From: Verrucomicrobiales bacterium
GTDB lineage: Bacteria; Verrucomicrobiota; Verrucomicrobiia; Verrucomicrobiales; V1-33
DNA length: 64,000 nt
Reading direction: 5' to 3'
NCBI GenBank assembly: GCA_031411295.1
Contig: JANOAV010000205.1
Coordinates: 1 to 64,000 of the forward strand
Below are positions 48,358 to 58,312 of this stretch, one piece after another (position 1 is the first letter of the stretch; every line of letters begins with the position of its first letter). Both the position numbers and the translations under genes were made by a program. The notes below the pieces were generated by a model, which searched no databases, was not told where the DNA came from, and was given only the letters and a program-made list of their open reading frames with translations.

Positions 48358-49239
48358 ATGAAATACAAAATTGTCCATCGCACCACCTCCACTTACGAGA
48401 GCCCCGTTACGGTCTGTCATTACTTGGCGCGCCTGGCACCACGGGCCCTCGCCACGCAGACTTGTCCGTGGCACGAGTTGACGATCACGCCCAATCCCGG
48501 TCAGCGACGGGTGCGCTTCGATTATTTTGGGAACCATACTGTGACCTTTGAGTTGGACGCCTCACATCAGCAGTTGGAGGTAGTCTCGCGCAGTCTGGTG
48601 GAAGTCTTTCCCATCGTCCATCCCGATCCCAAAACGACCCCTCCTTGGGAAACGATTCGGGACCTCTGTCGCGCGGACCGCTATTCCCCAGCGACCGCCG
48701 CCGGTGAATTTTGCTACGCTTCCCCATTGATCGTTACAGATGAACGCTATGCCGAATATGCCGCCCCTTCCTTTCCACCGCAGCGGCCCTTGTTGGAAGG
48801 GGTCTGCGATTTGAATCATCGTATTAATAAGGATTTTGCATTCGATCCCACCGCCACCGATGCCGCCACTCCAGTGGCGGAAGCCTTCAAGAAACGTCGG
48901 GGAGTCTGTCAGGATTTTGCCCAGGTGATGATTGCTTGTCTGCGCTCACTGGGCCTGCCCGCGCGCTATGTCAGCGGCTATCTGGAAACCCTGCCGCCGC
49001 CCGGCCGGGCTAAACTCGTGGGCGCAGATGCCTCCCACGCCTGGGTGTCTGTGTGGTGCGGAGAGACGCTGGGGTGGATCGATGCGGACCCAACCAATGA
49101 CATGCTCTCCTGCTCCCGTCACCTCACCATCGCCTGGGGACGTGATTTCAGCGATGTGAGCCCCTTGCGCGGCGTGACTCTGGGGGCGGGGAAACAGCAT
49201 CTCACCGTTGCGGTGGATGTGCTCCCGGTGGACGAGTAG
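48358..49239 (+). CDS. Transglutaminase-like protein (Bact_transglu_N + core)
   Basis: 'GVCQDFAQV', 'PARYVSGYL', 'ASHAW', 'DPTN'. Confidence 0.92.
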   Translation: MKYKIVHRTTSTYESPVTVCHYLARLAPRALATQTCPWHELTITPNPGQRRVRFDYFGNHTVTFELDASHQQLEVVSRSLVEVFPIVHPDPKTTPPWETIRDLCRADRYSPATAAGEFCYASPLIVTDERYAEYAAPSFPPQRPLLEGVCDLNHRINKDFAFDPTATDAATPVAEAFKKRRGVCQDFAQVMIACLRSLGLPARYVSGYLETLPPPGRAKLVGADASHAWVSVWCGETLGWIDADPTNDMLSCSRHLTIAWGRDFSDVSPLRGVTLGAGKQHLTVAVDVLPVDE

Positions 49240-49253
49240 CAGAAACTTCATCC

Positions 49254-49940
49254 ATGACTCCGTTCACGATTCTTGCTACGGCCCGCACTCCCGACGGAGC
49301 CACCCTAACGCTGCACGAGCGCCCGCCCCATTTCTACCTGCGCGTGAACGGCCAACCGTTGATGGCGACCAATGCCTCCATTTCAGAAATCGTGCTAGCT
49401 GAAGTCTCCTGCGCCAAGCTCGCCAGCGTGAAAGCTCCCCGCGTGCTGATTGGCGGACTGGGTTTTGGTTACAGCTTGCGTAGAGTCCTGGAACTAGTTG
49501 GGGCCGGGGCGACCGTGGAAGTGGCGGAACTCCTGCCGGAAGTGGTGGCTTGGAATCAGCAATTCCTCGGAGCCGTGAATGGCGAGTTACTCAGCGATCC
49601 GCGCGTCCGAGTGAAGGTGCAGGATGTCTTTCAAACCATCTCCCAAGCCCCTCCCGGCTCCTATGATGCTATTTTATTGGATGTCGATAACGGCCCCATC
49701 GCCATGGTGCAGGACGGAAATAGTCGGCTCTATCAAACGCAGGGTTTCGCAGCGATCACCCGGGCGTTGCAGCCCCGGGGACGCGTCGCCTTCTGGTCCG
49801 CCAGTCCCGATCCCGCCTTCGCCAAGCGTCTGGCGCAAGCTGGTTTCCAAGTAAGCACCACCGCCGCCAAAGCCCACGCCCACGCCCGCCGCAGCGATCA
49901 TATCATTTACGTGGCGGACCGCCACGCTTCGGCCCCGTGA
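49254..49940 (+). CDS. Spermidine-synthase-like SAM-dependent methyltransferase
   Basis: 'VLIGGLGFGY', 'ILLDVDNGP'. Confidence 0.85.
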   Translation: MTPFTILATARTPDGATLTLHERPPHFYLRVNGQPLMATNASISEIVLAEVSCAKLASVKAPRVLIGGLGFGYSLRRVLELVGAGATVEVAELLPEVVAWNQQFLGAVNGELLSDPRVRVKVQDVFQTISQAPPGSYDAILLDVDNGPIAMVQDGNSRLYQTQGFAAITRALQPRGRVAFWSASPDPAFAKRLAQAGFQVSTTAAKAHAHARRSDHIIYVADRHASAP

Positions 49941-49998
49941 TCGTCTCAGGCTGGGCTTGGCGGTGGCGGGGTTGGTGAGGGCGGAAATGGCGACAGCC

Positions 49999-50027
49999 CG
50001 AGTGTGGCAGCAGTCGGCTCGACTGCT
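49999..50027 (+). repeat. REP-like hairpin, family 3 copy B
   Basis: CGAGTGTGG-CAGCAGTCG-GCT-CGACTGCT, between convergent genes. Confidence 0.75.
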
Positions 50028-50062
50028 CATCCGGGAACTCATGCGGCAGGATTAATCGATCT

Positions 50063-52855
50063 CTAACCGGAGATGAGTCCGTCTTCACCTAGTTTCACTC
50101 CGATGGCTTCGTTGACGGCGGTGTGCAGTCGCTTGAGCATCACAGGATCGGAGATCTGCCGACCCAGCATATCCGTGAGGCAGAAGGAGTCGATGGCGGC
50201 ACCTTTCTCGGTATTGATGCGGGCGTGGGTGACTTCCAGTTCCAAGGTGCCGATGGCCGTAAAGATATCATAGAGCAGGCCGATGCGATCCACCGCCTGG
50301 ACTTCCACCATGGTATAGTCCGGGTGCATTTTATTGGTCACATAGACGTAGGCGGGGAAATCACGCTGCCACTCTGGAGGCGGTTCCTGGCTGGAGGAGA
50401 GCACGTTCCGATCCACCATGCGATCAAAGGAAACGGGTTTGCCAGTGAAGGTCTTCTCAACTAAGGCTGCGACTCCTTCAATGGTCTTGGCGTCCGTTAC
50501 CGGAGCCAGTTTGGTGGTGCAGACCCGGAAGACATCAAGCACAAGTTGATCCTTCCGCAGGAAGAGATCGGCACTGAGAATGTTGATGTTCTGGGCGGAG
50601 AGGGCCCCGGCAATCTTGGCTAGGAGGAGATGGCGATCCCAGGAAATCAGCATGAGTTGGCTGCAGCCTTGATCTGGCAGGGCGGTCCATTTCATGACTG
50701 GCGTAAGGGCAGCGGAGGCATCATCCTTGGCTAGCTGGCGGAAGAATTTCCGGAATTGGCGCAAGTGTTCATGGATTACGCTGGCCTCACGATTACGGAA
50801 ATAGCGCTCCGGCATGCCATCGAAGTGCGCGGCAATTTCCGCACTGTAGCTGGCATCCGTCAATGCTTCCACTTGCTGCCGGAGTTCCACCTTGTGGGTC
50901 TGGTTCCGGCTGAGATATTCGGCCTGGTCCTTGAGGAAGTCCACGGTGTTGCGATAGAGTTGCCGCAACAGGCTGTCCTTCCAATCGCTCCAGCCGTGCT
51001 CGTAAGTGGCGGAAGCATCGGCAAAAGTCATGATGAAGAGCGCGTCCAGCCACTCCTTGCTCTTCACGATGCCGGCAAACTGCGCGATCACGCTGGGGTC
51101 GTCCAGATCCCGCGTGGTGGCAGTTTGCCAAAGGGTGAGGTGATGGCCCACGAGGAACATGAGCATGCGGCGGCGGGTGGGTGAGATTTGCAGGCGACGG
51201 CAAACTTTGTCGGTCAGTTCCTCGCTGGCGAAGGAGTGTTGCCGCACGTTCTCGGAACGCCCGGTGTCATGCATGATCAGCGCCAAATAGAGCACAAAGG
51301 GGTCCTCCACTTTGTGGAAGATTTCCTGCTGCGTGGTCAGCTTCGGATTGGTGGTATCGCTGAGCTGATCCAGCTTCTCGATGGTCTGGAGCGTGTGTTC
51401 ATCGGCGGTGAATTGGTGGAAGAATTCGTGCTGCACCAGATCCGTCAGGCCACCGAACTCGGGCAGATAGCGGCCCAGGAACCCGACGCGATGCATCTGC
51501 CGCAGCGTGCGCGCGACATCGCCCCGCCGACTCAGGATAGCTTCAAAGGTTTCCCGGTTGGCCTTTTTGTATTGAAAGGTTTTGTTGATGGCAGGCCAGC
51601 TCTCTTTGCACATTTGACGGATCACTGGGCTGGTGCGCAGGTGGCGTAGCTGGGTGTGCTGGAACATCCGCATCAGGCGGGAGGGGTCCTCTTTAAAAAT
51701 GTCGGGATGTTCCGGGAAAATGAATTCGCCCTGACTATAAAAGCCATCGAATTTCTCCCGCTTGGTGACATCCTTTTTGCGGGCCAGGAAGCCGATCAGG
51801 ATTCTGGTGGGCTGCTGTTCCACTTCCAGCTCAAACCGCTGCATCAGGCTCTGGCAGTGCTGGTAGATGTTCCGGGTGTGATGATAGTAGTCCTTCATCA
51901 GCAGCTCAGTGCGCTGGGTGATGCGATGCCCGGGATAGTTCAAACTTTTTGCGACCACCCCTTGGGCTCGCAGCGTGAGGATGTCGGATGCGGGCTTGGA
52001 ATTGTAGTGGAGATCGTTTCTCACGAGCATGAGAAAATCGAACGCCCGCCGCAGTTCCTGGGCTCCGATGGCAGTAATGACGCGCATCTTCACCAACTCA
52101 TCCAGGTCCATGGTGCCCAGCTTAACATAGCAAATCCATAAAATGGAGTGGTAATCCCGCAGTCCGCCGGCGCCATTTTTAACATGCGGCTCTTTCACCA
52201 GAAACGTCCCGAAGTGCTCCGTGTGGCGTTTGATTAAATCCTGCCGTCGGGCTTCAAGATAGGCGTTTTCCTTGCCGGTAATGCACTCTTTACGGTAGTT
52301 CTTGAGGAATTCGTCATAGAGGGATCGCTCGCCCGTAATGAAGCGGGTTTCGATGAGCGAGGATTTGGTTTTCATGTCGCGATTGGCTTCCGCATACGTT
52401 TCCTTCAGCGAACGCACGCCCTGGCCGACCTTGAATCCCACGTCCCAAAGCATATAAAGCACGCTCTCGATCGTTTCCTTCACGGCTGGAGTAACCTTGC
52501 CGGGATGGAAGAACTGGAGGTCCAGATCGCTGCCAGGATTCAGGTAGCCCCGGCCATAGCCGCCCGAAGCCACCAGGGCCACGCGGACGTCCTTGCCACC
52601 TTCGGTGAGCGCGCGCTGGAACAAGTTGCTTAATACGACATCCAGCATTTCGGAGCGCATCGAGGCCACGGCCAAGCCACCCTCCCGCTTGGCGGCCAAT
52701 TGTTTGTGCATCAGTCGCAAGCGGTGTTCCTCCTTCTTCAGGAAAACTTTATACTCCGCCAAGAGCACGGCATGTGATTTCCCTTCCTGAGCGGAAACGG
52801 AGAGCGCTTTGCTGGCATGGGCGGAAACTTTCTGGCGATGATTGGACGGAGGCAT
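50063..52855 (-). CDS. glnD: PII uridylyltransferase/uridylyl-removing enzyme
   Basis: NTase 'GGYGRGYLNPGSDLDL', 'EPHVKNGAGGLRD', 'FHQFTADEHT', HD motif, two ACT domains ('DRIGLLYDI'). Confidence 0.93.
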   Translation of the reverse strand: MPPSNHRQKVSAHASKALSVSAQEGKSHAVLLAEYKVFLKKEEHRLRLMHKQLAAKREGGLAVASMRSEMLDVVLSNLFQRALTEGGKDVRVALVASGGYGRGYLNPGSDLDLQFFHPGKVTPAVKETIESVLYMLWDVGFKVGQGVRSLKETYAEANRDMKTKSSLIETRFITGERSLYDEFLKNYRKECITGKENAYLEARRQDLIKRHTEHFGTFLVKEPHVKNGAGGLRDYHSILWICYVKLGTMDLDELVKMRVITAIGAQELRRAFDFLMLVRNDLHYNSKPASDILTLRAQGVVAKSLNYPGHRITQRTELLMKDYYHHTRNIYQHCQSLMQRFELEVEQQPTRILIGFLARKKDVTKREKFDGFYSQGEFIFPEHPDIFKEDPSRLMRMFQHTQLRHLRTSPVIRQMCKESWPAINKTFQYKKANRETFEAILSRRGDVARTLRQMHRVGFLGRYLPEFGGLTDLVQHEFFHQFTADEHTLQTIEKLDQLSDTTNPKLTTQQEIFHKVEDPFVLYLALIMHDTGRSENVRQHSFASEELTDKVCRRLQISPTRRRMLMFLVGHHLTLWQTATTRDLDDPSVIAQFAGIVKSKEWLDALFIMTFADASATYEHGWSDWKDSLLRQLYRNTVDFLKDQAEYLSRNQTHKVELRQQVEALTDASYSAEIAAHFDGMPERYFRNREASVIHEHLRQFRKFFRQLAKDDASAALTPVMKWTALPDQGCSQLMLISWDRHLLLAKIAGALSAQNINILSADLFLRKDQLVLDVFRVCTTKLAPVTDAKTIEGVAALVEKTFTGKPVSFDRMVDRNVLSSSQEPPPEWQRDFPAYVYVTNKMHPDYTMVEVQAVDRIGLLYDIFTAIGTLELEVTHARINTEKGAAIDSFCLTDMLGRQISDPVMLKRLHTAVNEAIGVKLGEDGLISG

Positions 52856-53071
52856 GGCGGAGGACTGGTCGGATTTAGGGAAGCGCGTATTCTGGCGGCC
52901 TTTTCAGATCGATGCAAGCGACGGGAAAGAAGGATTTGTCCATGATTGACTTGAGAGAAATCCACCCTGTATCGTAGCGATGCGATCGGCCGTTGTCCGA
53001 TTCGTGAATTTTGTCCGAAAAGTCTCCCACCTAGGCTATAGCTGGCTATGGCTGCCATGCCTCACTTCTAA

Positions 53072-54385
53072 ATGAAATCCATCCTCCATTCAATCACCAT
53101 CTGCTTGCTATCCCTGAGCCTGCAAGCGGCCAGTCAAGCTGCCGGGGCTGCTCCGGCAAAGCCCAACATCATCCTCATCATTTCAGATGACCATGGTTTT
53201 CCGGACTATGGGTTTATGGGAAACAAGGATGTGAAGACTCCTAACATCGACCGCTTGGTCTCGCAAAGCCTGCTTTACACCCGAGGCTACGTGATGCCGG
53301 TGTGCTCGCCTTCGCTGGCTTGCCTGCTCACGGGGAAGTTGCCCCACCAGCACGGGATCACCGGAAATGATCTGGCGGCCGACAAAACCCCAGCAGCGCC
53401 CAAGGGCAAGAAAACGCGCGATCCGCTGGCGCACCAACTGCTGGGGAATTCGCTCATCCTGCCGAAAGCCGTGACCGATGCCGGCTACCTGAGTTTCCAA
53501 ACCGGCAAGCTCTGGAATGTCACCGCCACCGAGGTGGGCTTCACTAGTGGCATGACCGACACGGCGGGCCGTCATGGCGATGCCGGGCTGGCGATTGGCC
53601 GCAAAGGACTCAAGCCAGTGCTTGATTTCATGGACTCAGCGCGGGCGCAGCAGAAGCCGTTCTTTGTCTGGTATGCGCCCATGATGCCGCACTTGCCGCA
53701 CGATCCTCCGGCGGAAATTTTGGCTCACTATACAGGGAAAGGACTCACGCCGTTTGCCGAGAAATACTATGCCATGGTCGAGTGGTTCGACCAAACCTGC
53801 GGGGAGCTGGACGACTATCTCACCAAGCACAACTTGGCTGAAAACACCGTCATCCTGTATCTGGCGGACAACGGATGGGATGCCTCCAAAGGCCAAAACG
53901 GCAACCGGCACAAGCTTTCTCCCTACGAACTCGGGATTCGCACGCCGATGTTCGTCCGTTGGCCGGGCAAGGTGCAGCCGAAACGCGACGACACCACGCT
54001 CGCCTCCATCATCGATTTCGCCCCCACGATTCTGAAAATCGCAGGAGCCAAAGCGCCCGCGGATCTCCCTGGACTCGACCTCACCAATCAGGAAGCCATG
54101 AGCGCCCGCAAATCGATTTTCGTGGAAGCCTACACGCACGATATTTTCGATCTCGCCCAACCCGCCAAGAGTCTGGTCACTAGCGTCGCGATTGATGGTT
54201 GGTCGAAGTTGCTGCTCCCCACTTCCGTTCGTCCTGACAAGGCCTACCCCTCCGCCCCCACCGAGATTGAACTCTTCGACCTCAAGGCGGATCCTTTGGA
54301 GACCAACAACCTCGCGACCAAGAATCCCGCAGAGGTGAAACGTCTGCAGGCGATCCAAGAAGCCGCCTGGCCGATGCCTCAATGA
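53072..54385 (+). CDS. Secreted S1 sulfatase-like hydrolase
   Basis: Signal peptide, 'PNIILIISDD', 'TPNID', 'VCSPSLACLLTG', 'GKLW', 'ADNG'. Confidence 0.88.
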   Translation: MKSILHSITICLLSLSLQAASQAAGAAPAKPNIILIISDDHGFPDYGFMGNKDVKTPNIDRLVSQSLLYTRGYVMPVCSPSLACLLTGKLPHQHGITGNDLAADKTPAAPKGKKTRDPLAHQLLGNSLILPKAVTDAGYLSFQTGKLWNVTATEVGFTSGMTDTAGRHGDAGLAIGRKGLKPVLDFMDSARAQQKPFFVWYAPMMPHLPHDPPAEILAHYTGKGLTPFAEKYYAMVEWFDQTCGELDDYLTKHNLAENTVILYLADNGWDASKGQNGNRHKLSPYELGIRTPMFVRWPGKVQPKRDDTTLASIIDFAPTILKIAGAKAPADLPGLDLTNQEAMSARKSIFVEAYTHDIFDLAQPAKSLVTSVAIDGWSKLLLPTSVRPDKAYPSAPTEIELFDLKADPLETNNLATKNPAEVKRLQAIQEAAWPMPQ

Positions 54386-54394
54386 ATCACCTCG

Positions 54395-54482
54395 CACCGT
54401 AGTCCAGGGCTTTAGCCCGTGGAACCCTCCCCGTGAATCAGACGCCTGAATCCACCCGGACATACCTGTGCGCTGCAACCCG
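54395..54482. repeat. REP-like doublet, family 2 (right arm decayed)
   Basis: CACCGTAGTCCAGGGCTTTAGCCCGTGGAACCCTCCCCGTGAATCAG is nearly colinear with 36821-36915, spacer included. Confidence 0.75.
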
Positions 54483-54502
54483 CGCGGGGTGCAGCTGGGC
54501 GC

Positions 54503-54520
54503 TTGTGAAATTTTTCACAA
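54503..54520. promoter_or_regulatory. Rex-type operator
   Basis: TTGTGAA-ATTT-TTCACAA upstream of nuoG. Confidence 0.8.
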
Positions 54521-54611
54521 ATCCCCCTTGCCGCGCATTTCGGGCGATGGATACTCGAAGAAATATCTCTTGATGCTGGCTGGGCCAGCCGATTTCCTCC
54601 CTTTCCAGACC

Positions 54612-56354
54612 ATGTCCAATCCCGCACCTGCTACTGCCGCTGCCCCCGCTACTCCACCAGCCGCTCCTGAACTTGTCAATGTTCAGATCGATGGCGTTTG
54701 GTTGAAATTTCCCAAAGGCACCCGCATGATCGAAGCCTGCAAACAGGCCAAACGCGAGGTGCCGCATTATTGCTATCACCCGAAGCTTTCCAGTCCGGGC
54801 AATTGCCGGATGTGTTTGGTGGAAATGGGGATGCCGCCGCGTCCCGCCCCGGGTGTGGAGCCGGAGAAGGACGAGTTTGGTTTCCCCAAAATCGGATGGA
54901 TGCCCCGGGCCGTCATCGCCTGCGCCAATACCGTGGCCGAAGGCATGGGGATCCGCACCCAGTCAAAACTCACGGAAGACTGCCGCAAGGGCGTCATGGA
55001 GTTTCTGCTCATCAATCACCCGCTGGATTGTCCCATCTGCGACCAAGCGGGCGAGTGCCGACTCCAGGAATTCAGCGTCCAGCACGGACGGGGGATTTCC
55101 CGCTTCATCGAGAGCAAGGTCAAGAAGCCGAAGAACCAACAAATCGGCCCGCGCATCACGCTGGACGATGAGCGTTGCATCATGTGCAGCCGCTGCATCC
55201 GGTTCAGCGCAGAAGTGGCGGATGATCCCGTGTTAGGATTCACCGAGCGCGGGAGTTTCACCACGCTGGCGGTGCATCCGGGGAAGGAATTGGCCAACAA
55301 TTACTCGCTCAACACGGTGGACATTTGTCCCGTGGGAGCGTTGACCAGCACCGATTTCCGCTTCCAGATGCGGGTGTGGTTCCTGAAGGAAACCGAATCG
55401 GTTTGCACCAAGTGCGCGCGCGGTTGTAACATCACTATTGGAAGCCGGGAGAACCAAGTTTACCGGCAGACCCCGCGCGACAATGATGCGGTGAACAGTT
55501 CCTGGATGTGCGATCAGGGGCGGCTGGATTTCCACTATTTACACAGTGAGTTACGGTTGACCGAGCCCATGCTCAAGGAAGATGGGAAACATCGTGTGGC
55601 CTCCTGGCGGGAAGCGCTGGAGACCGCCGCCACCAAGCTGAAGAGCGTGGCTCCGTCGGAAATTGCCATCGTCGCCAGTGGCCGCATGACCAATGAGGAA
55701 CTGTGGTTGCTCAAACGTCTGGCCAAAGCTCTGGGGACAACGCAAATGGACTTCGTCGCCCGCTCAGGTGAAGCCGATAATTATTTAGTGACTGCGGATA
55801 AGAACCCCAACAGCAATGGAGTGAAGCTGGTGTTAGGGGCTGATGGATCGCAACTCGGAGCCATCCGCAGTGGGGTCCAAGCAGGCAGCATCAAGGCGCT
55901 GATTGTTTGGAAGGAAGATTTACTGAAAGAGGCGGGTTTTGCGGCGGCGGATCTTGGGAAACTCGATTTCCTCCTCGTCGGTCACATTCTCGCCAACCCC
56001 ACGGCCGAAGCCGCGCAAGTGGTGTTGCCGCTGGCCGCCAGCGCTGAGAAGCGCGGCAGTATGGTGAACGCCACCGGTCGTCTGCAACGATTGCAAGCGG
56101 CGGTGCAGCCTCCCGGTCAAGCCCAGGGCGATTGGGAAGTTCTGCGAGATCTAACGCTGGCTGTCAGCGGTCAAAATGGACTCTACAGCTTGGAAGATGT
56201 CGTCAAACAAATGACCGCTGATGTCTCTGCCTTCTCTGGCCTGAACCTTGGTAAGATCGGCTCGCAAGGGGTTCCAGTCATGGAGACCGGGGAGACGATC
56301 CCGTTGCTGCAACGCGAGGCGGATCGAAAGAAACAGGGGATCATCGTTGGGTAA
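54612..56354 (+). CDS. nuoG: NADH-quinone oxidoreductase subunit G (short form)
   Basis: 'PHYCYHP...GNCRMCLVE', 'NHPLDCPICDQAGEC', 'CIMCSRC', 'DICPVGAL', 'CTKCARGC'. Start moved to 54612. Confidence 0.9.
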   Translation: MSNPAPATAAAPATPPAAPELVNVQIDGVWLKFPKGTRMIEACKQAKREVPHYCYHPKLSSPGNCRMCLVEMGMPPRPAPGVEPEKDEFGFPKIGWMPRAVIACANTVAEGMGIRTQSKLTEDCRKGVMEFLLINHPLDCPICDQAGECRLQEFSVQHGRGISRFIESKVKKPKNQQIGPRITLDDERCIMCSRCIRFSAEVADDPVLGFTERGSFTTLAVHPGKELANNYSLNTVDICPVGALTSTDFRFQMRVWFLKETESVCTKCARGCNITIGSRENQVYRQTPRDNDAVNSSWMCDQGRLDFHYLHSELRLTEPMLKEDGKHRVASWREALETAATKLKSVAPSEIAIVASGRMTNEELWLLKRLAKALGTTQMDFVARSGEADNYLVTADKNPNSNGVKLVLGADGSQLGAIRSGVQAGSIKALIVWKEDLLKEAGFAAADLGKLDFLLVGHILANPTAEAAQVVLPLAASAEKRGSMVNATGRLQRLQAAVQPPGQAQGDWEVLRDLTLAVSGQNGLYSLEDVVKQMTADVSAFSGLNLGKIGSQGVPVMETGETIPLLQREADRKKQGIIVG

Positions 56355-56412
56355 CGCGGCTGCCGAAGCGGCCACTATCGACTATCGAATCACTGAAGCA
56401 GCGGAGGCCACC

Positions 56413-57072
56413 ATGCGCACTTCTTGCTTCAGTAACCACCGTGGTTCCTCCACGTGGTGCAATCGTTTTGCTGTCAGCACGTTGATTTCATGGTCGATGA
56501 TGAAGTTGTATTTGGTTATCAATCATCACCCTGCGGCCGGCATCGCTACCGTGGAGATGCCATCATGGGTGCCGTTCTCACCCTCTTGGCTGCCAGTTTA
56601 CTTCAGCTTGCTCTGGGTGACGTGGCTCCTGCCGGTCGCGATTCGTGATGCGGGTCGCTTCCGTGCCTGCATGATTACTAATGTGGTAGCATGGCTGCTC
56701 ATTCTGCCTTGGTGGATTTTGCTGCCAACCACCATGCCGCGCCCCCTTTTATCACATGGCATTTGGGCTCCGGCCTTTCAATGGATGTGGTCGGTGGACG
56801 AACCTAATAACATCACGCCCTGCGCTCACGGCACGGGTCCGATGGTCGGGGCATGGTTTCTGGGACAGGAATTAGGTCGGTGGCGCTGGCTGCTCCTGGC
56901 TGTTGTTTTGTTGGCGCTGCCGTCCATTGCGCTCGTCTGGCAACACCGACCCTGTGATATCCTGCTGGGTGGGGTGGCGGCCGGTATCAGTATTAGTTGG
57001 ACGGAAATACTCGTCCGCAGGGCAGCGTATCGCTCTGCAGTGCACTCGCGTCCAGCGAAAATGCGGGAATGA
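56413..57072 (+). CDS. PAP2/IPC-synthase-like membrane protein
   Basis: GGAGG before ATG 56413, several TM helices, 'NITPCAH' and 'QHRPCD' resemble PAP2 motifs 2 and 3. Confidence 0.6.
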   Translation: MRTSCFSNHRGSSTWCNRFAVSTLISWSMMKLYLVINHHPAAGIATVEMPSWVPFSPSWLPVYFSLLWVTWLLPVAIRDAGRFRACMITNVVAWLLILPWWILLPTTMPRPLLSHGIWAPAFQWMWSVDEPNNITPCAHGTGPMVGAWFLGQELGRWRWLLLAVVLLALPSIALVWQHRPCDILLGGVAAGISISWTEILVRRAAYRSAVHSRPAKMRE

Positions 57073-57149
57073 GAACGAGGATGGCTGCTTTCGCGATACC
57101 ACATTCCGTAGTGGACAAGCCGCGCTTCCTGCGGAGTTTACCCATTCTT

Positions 57150-57590
57150 ATGGCCCATAGTTTTACCTTGCGCCGACGGGTGATGTTTTGTGAAACAGAT
57201 CTGGCCGGTATCATGCATTTTGCTAATTTTTTTCGATGGATGGAGGAAGCGGAACACGCTTTCTATCGTTCCTTGGGACTTTCCGTGCATCCGATGGCGC
57301 ACGGGGCCACCAGCACGGACGTCGGTTGGCCGCGGGTTAGTGCCAAGTGCGACTACCACGCGCCTTTGAAATTCGAGGAGGAAGTGGATGTGGAGTTGCA
57401 AGTGTTGGAAGTCCGGAGCAAGTCCGTGCGGTATCGATTCCACTTTCGCAAATTGGACGCTGCCTCTACGGTAGCTGCCCTGGGGGAGTTGGCAGTCGTT
57501 TCCGTGACGGCAGATGCCACCACTCGTAAAATGAAGGCCGTGGCCATTCCCGAAGAATTTCGCTCCCGCATCGAACCCATTCCGTCTTAA
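57150..57590 (+). CDS. Acyl-CoA thioesterase (4HBT/YbgC)
   Basis: 'ETDLAGIMHFANFFRWMEEAE' hot-dog motif. Confidence 0.88.
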   Translation: MAHSFTLRRRVMFCETDLAGIMHFANFFRWMEEAEHAFYRSLGLSVHPMAHGATSTDVGWPRVSAKCDYHAPLKFEEEVDVELQVLEVRSKSVRYRFHFRKLDAASTVAALGELAVVSVTADATTRKMKAVAIPEEFRSRIEPIPS

Positions 57591-57656
57591 TGATCCGTTT
57601 TTCCGTCCTCCCTCTCCCATATCTCCTCCAATAACCAATTATCCGTGAAATCGACA

Positions 57657-58274
57657 ATGAATATTACCGCTCTGGCCTTCGCCTTTGGAACCGTCCTTTG
57701 CTGGGGCGTTTATAGTGTCTTGCTGCATATGGGCAGCGTGGGAATGGGACAAGGTGCCAGTGGTCCGCCAGACTTGACGGGCAATCGCATGAAAGCCTTC
57801 CTGCTCGTGGGGATCGCCTATTTCATCGTGGCGATTGTGGGACCGATCATCGTTCTCAAATTGCGTGGCACCCCGTGGACGTTCCCTACTGCGGGCTGGT
57901 CGTGGAGCTTGGTGGCCGGTTTCATGGGCGCCATCGGAGCGTTCTTTCTGTTGATGGCACTGAGTTCTGGGCGCACCCCGCTCGAAAGTAAATCCGTGCT
58001 GCCGCTGCTGGTGCCAGCGATCGTTTTTGCCGGGGCTCCGATTGTGAATGTCTTGGTAGCCACCACGAAAGAGGGGAACTGGAGCTATGCCAGTTGGAAG
58101 TTCTTCGTGGGCATCCTGCTGGCGGCCATCGGCACCGTGATGGTCATGGAATTCAAACCGGTTCCTCCGGATAAGCCAGCTTCTGCTCCTGCGAACTCTG
58201 CCGCTGAAACTCCGGCTCCGAAAGCAGCCTCGAACTATGGTGATGTTAGCAAGAAAACTTATCATATTAGTTAG
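57657..58274 (+). CDS. DMT-like membrane protein
   Basis: About five TM helices, 'CWGVY', 'PAIVFAGAPIVN'. Confidence 0.65.
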   Translation: MNITALAFAFGTVLCWGVYSVLLHMGSVGMGQGASGPPDLTGNRMKAFLLVGIAYFIVAIVGPIIVLKLRGTPWTFPTAGWSWSLVAGFMGAIGAFFLLMALSSGRTPLESKSVLPLLVPAIVFAGAPIVNVLVATTKEGNWSYASWKFFVGILLAAIGTVMVMEFKPVPPDKPASAPANSAAETPAPKAASNYGDVSKKTYHIS

Positions 58275-58312
58275 CGTGTCCTGTTTTTCCGTCCGCTTTC
58301 CTGAAGCCTAAT

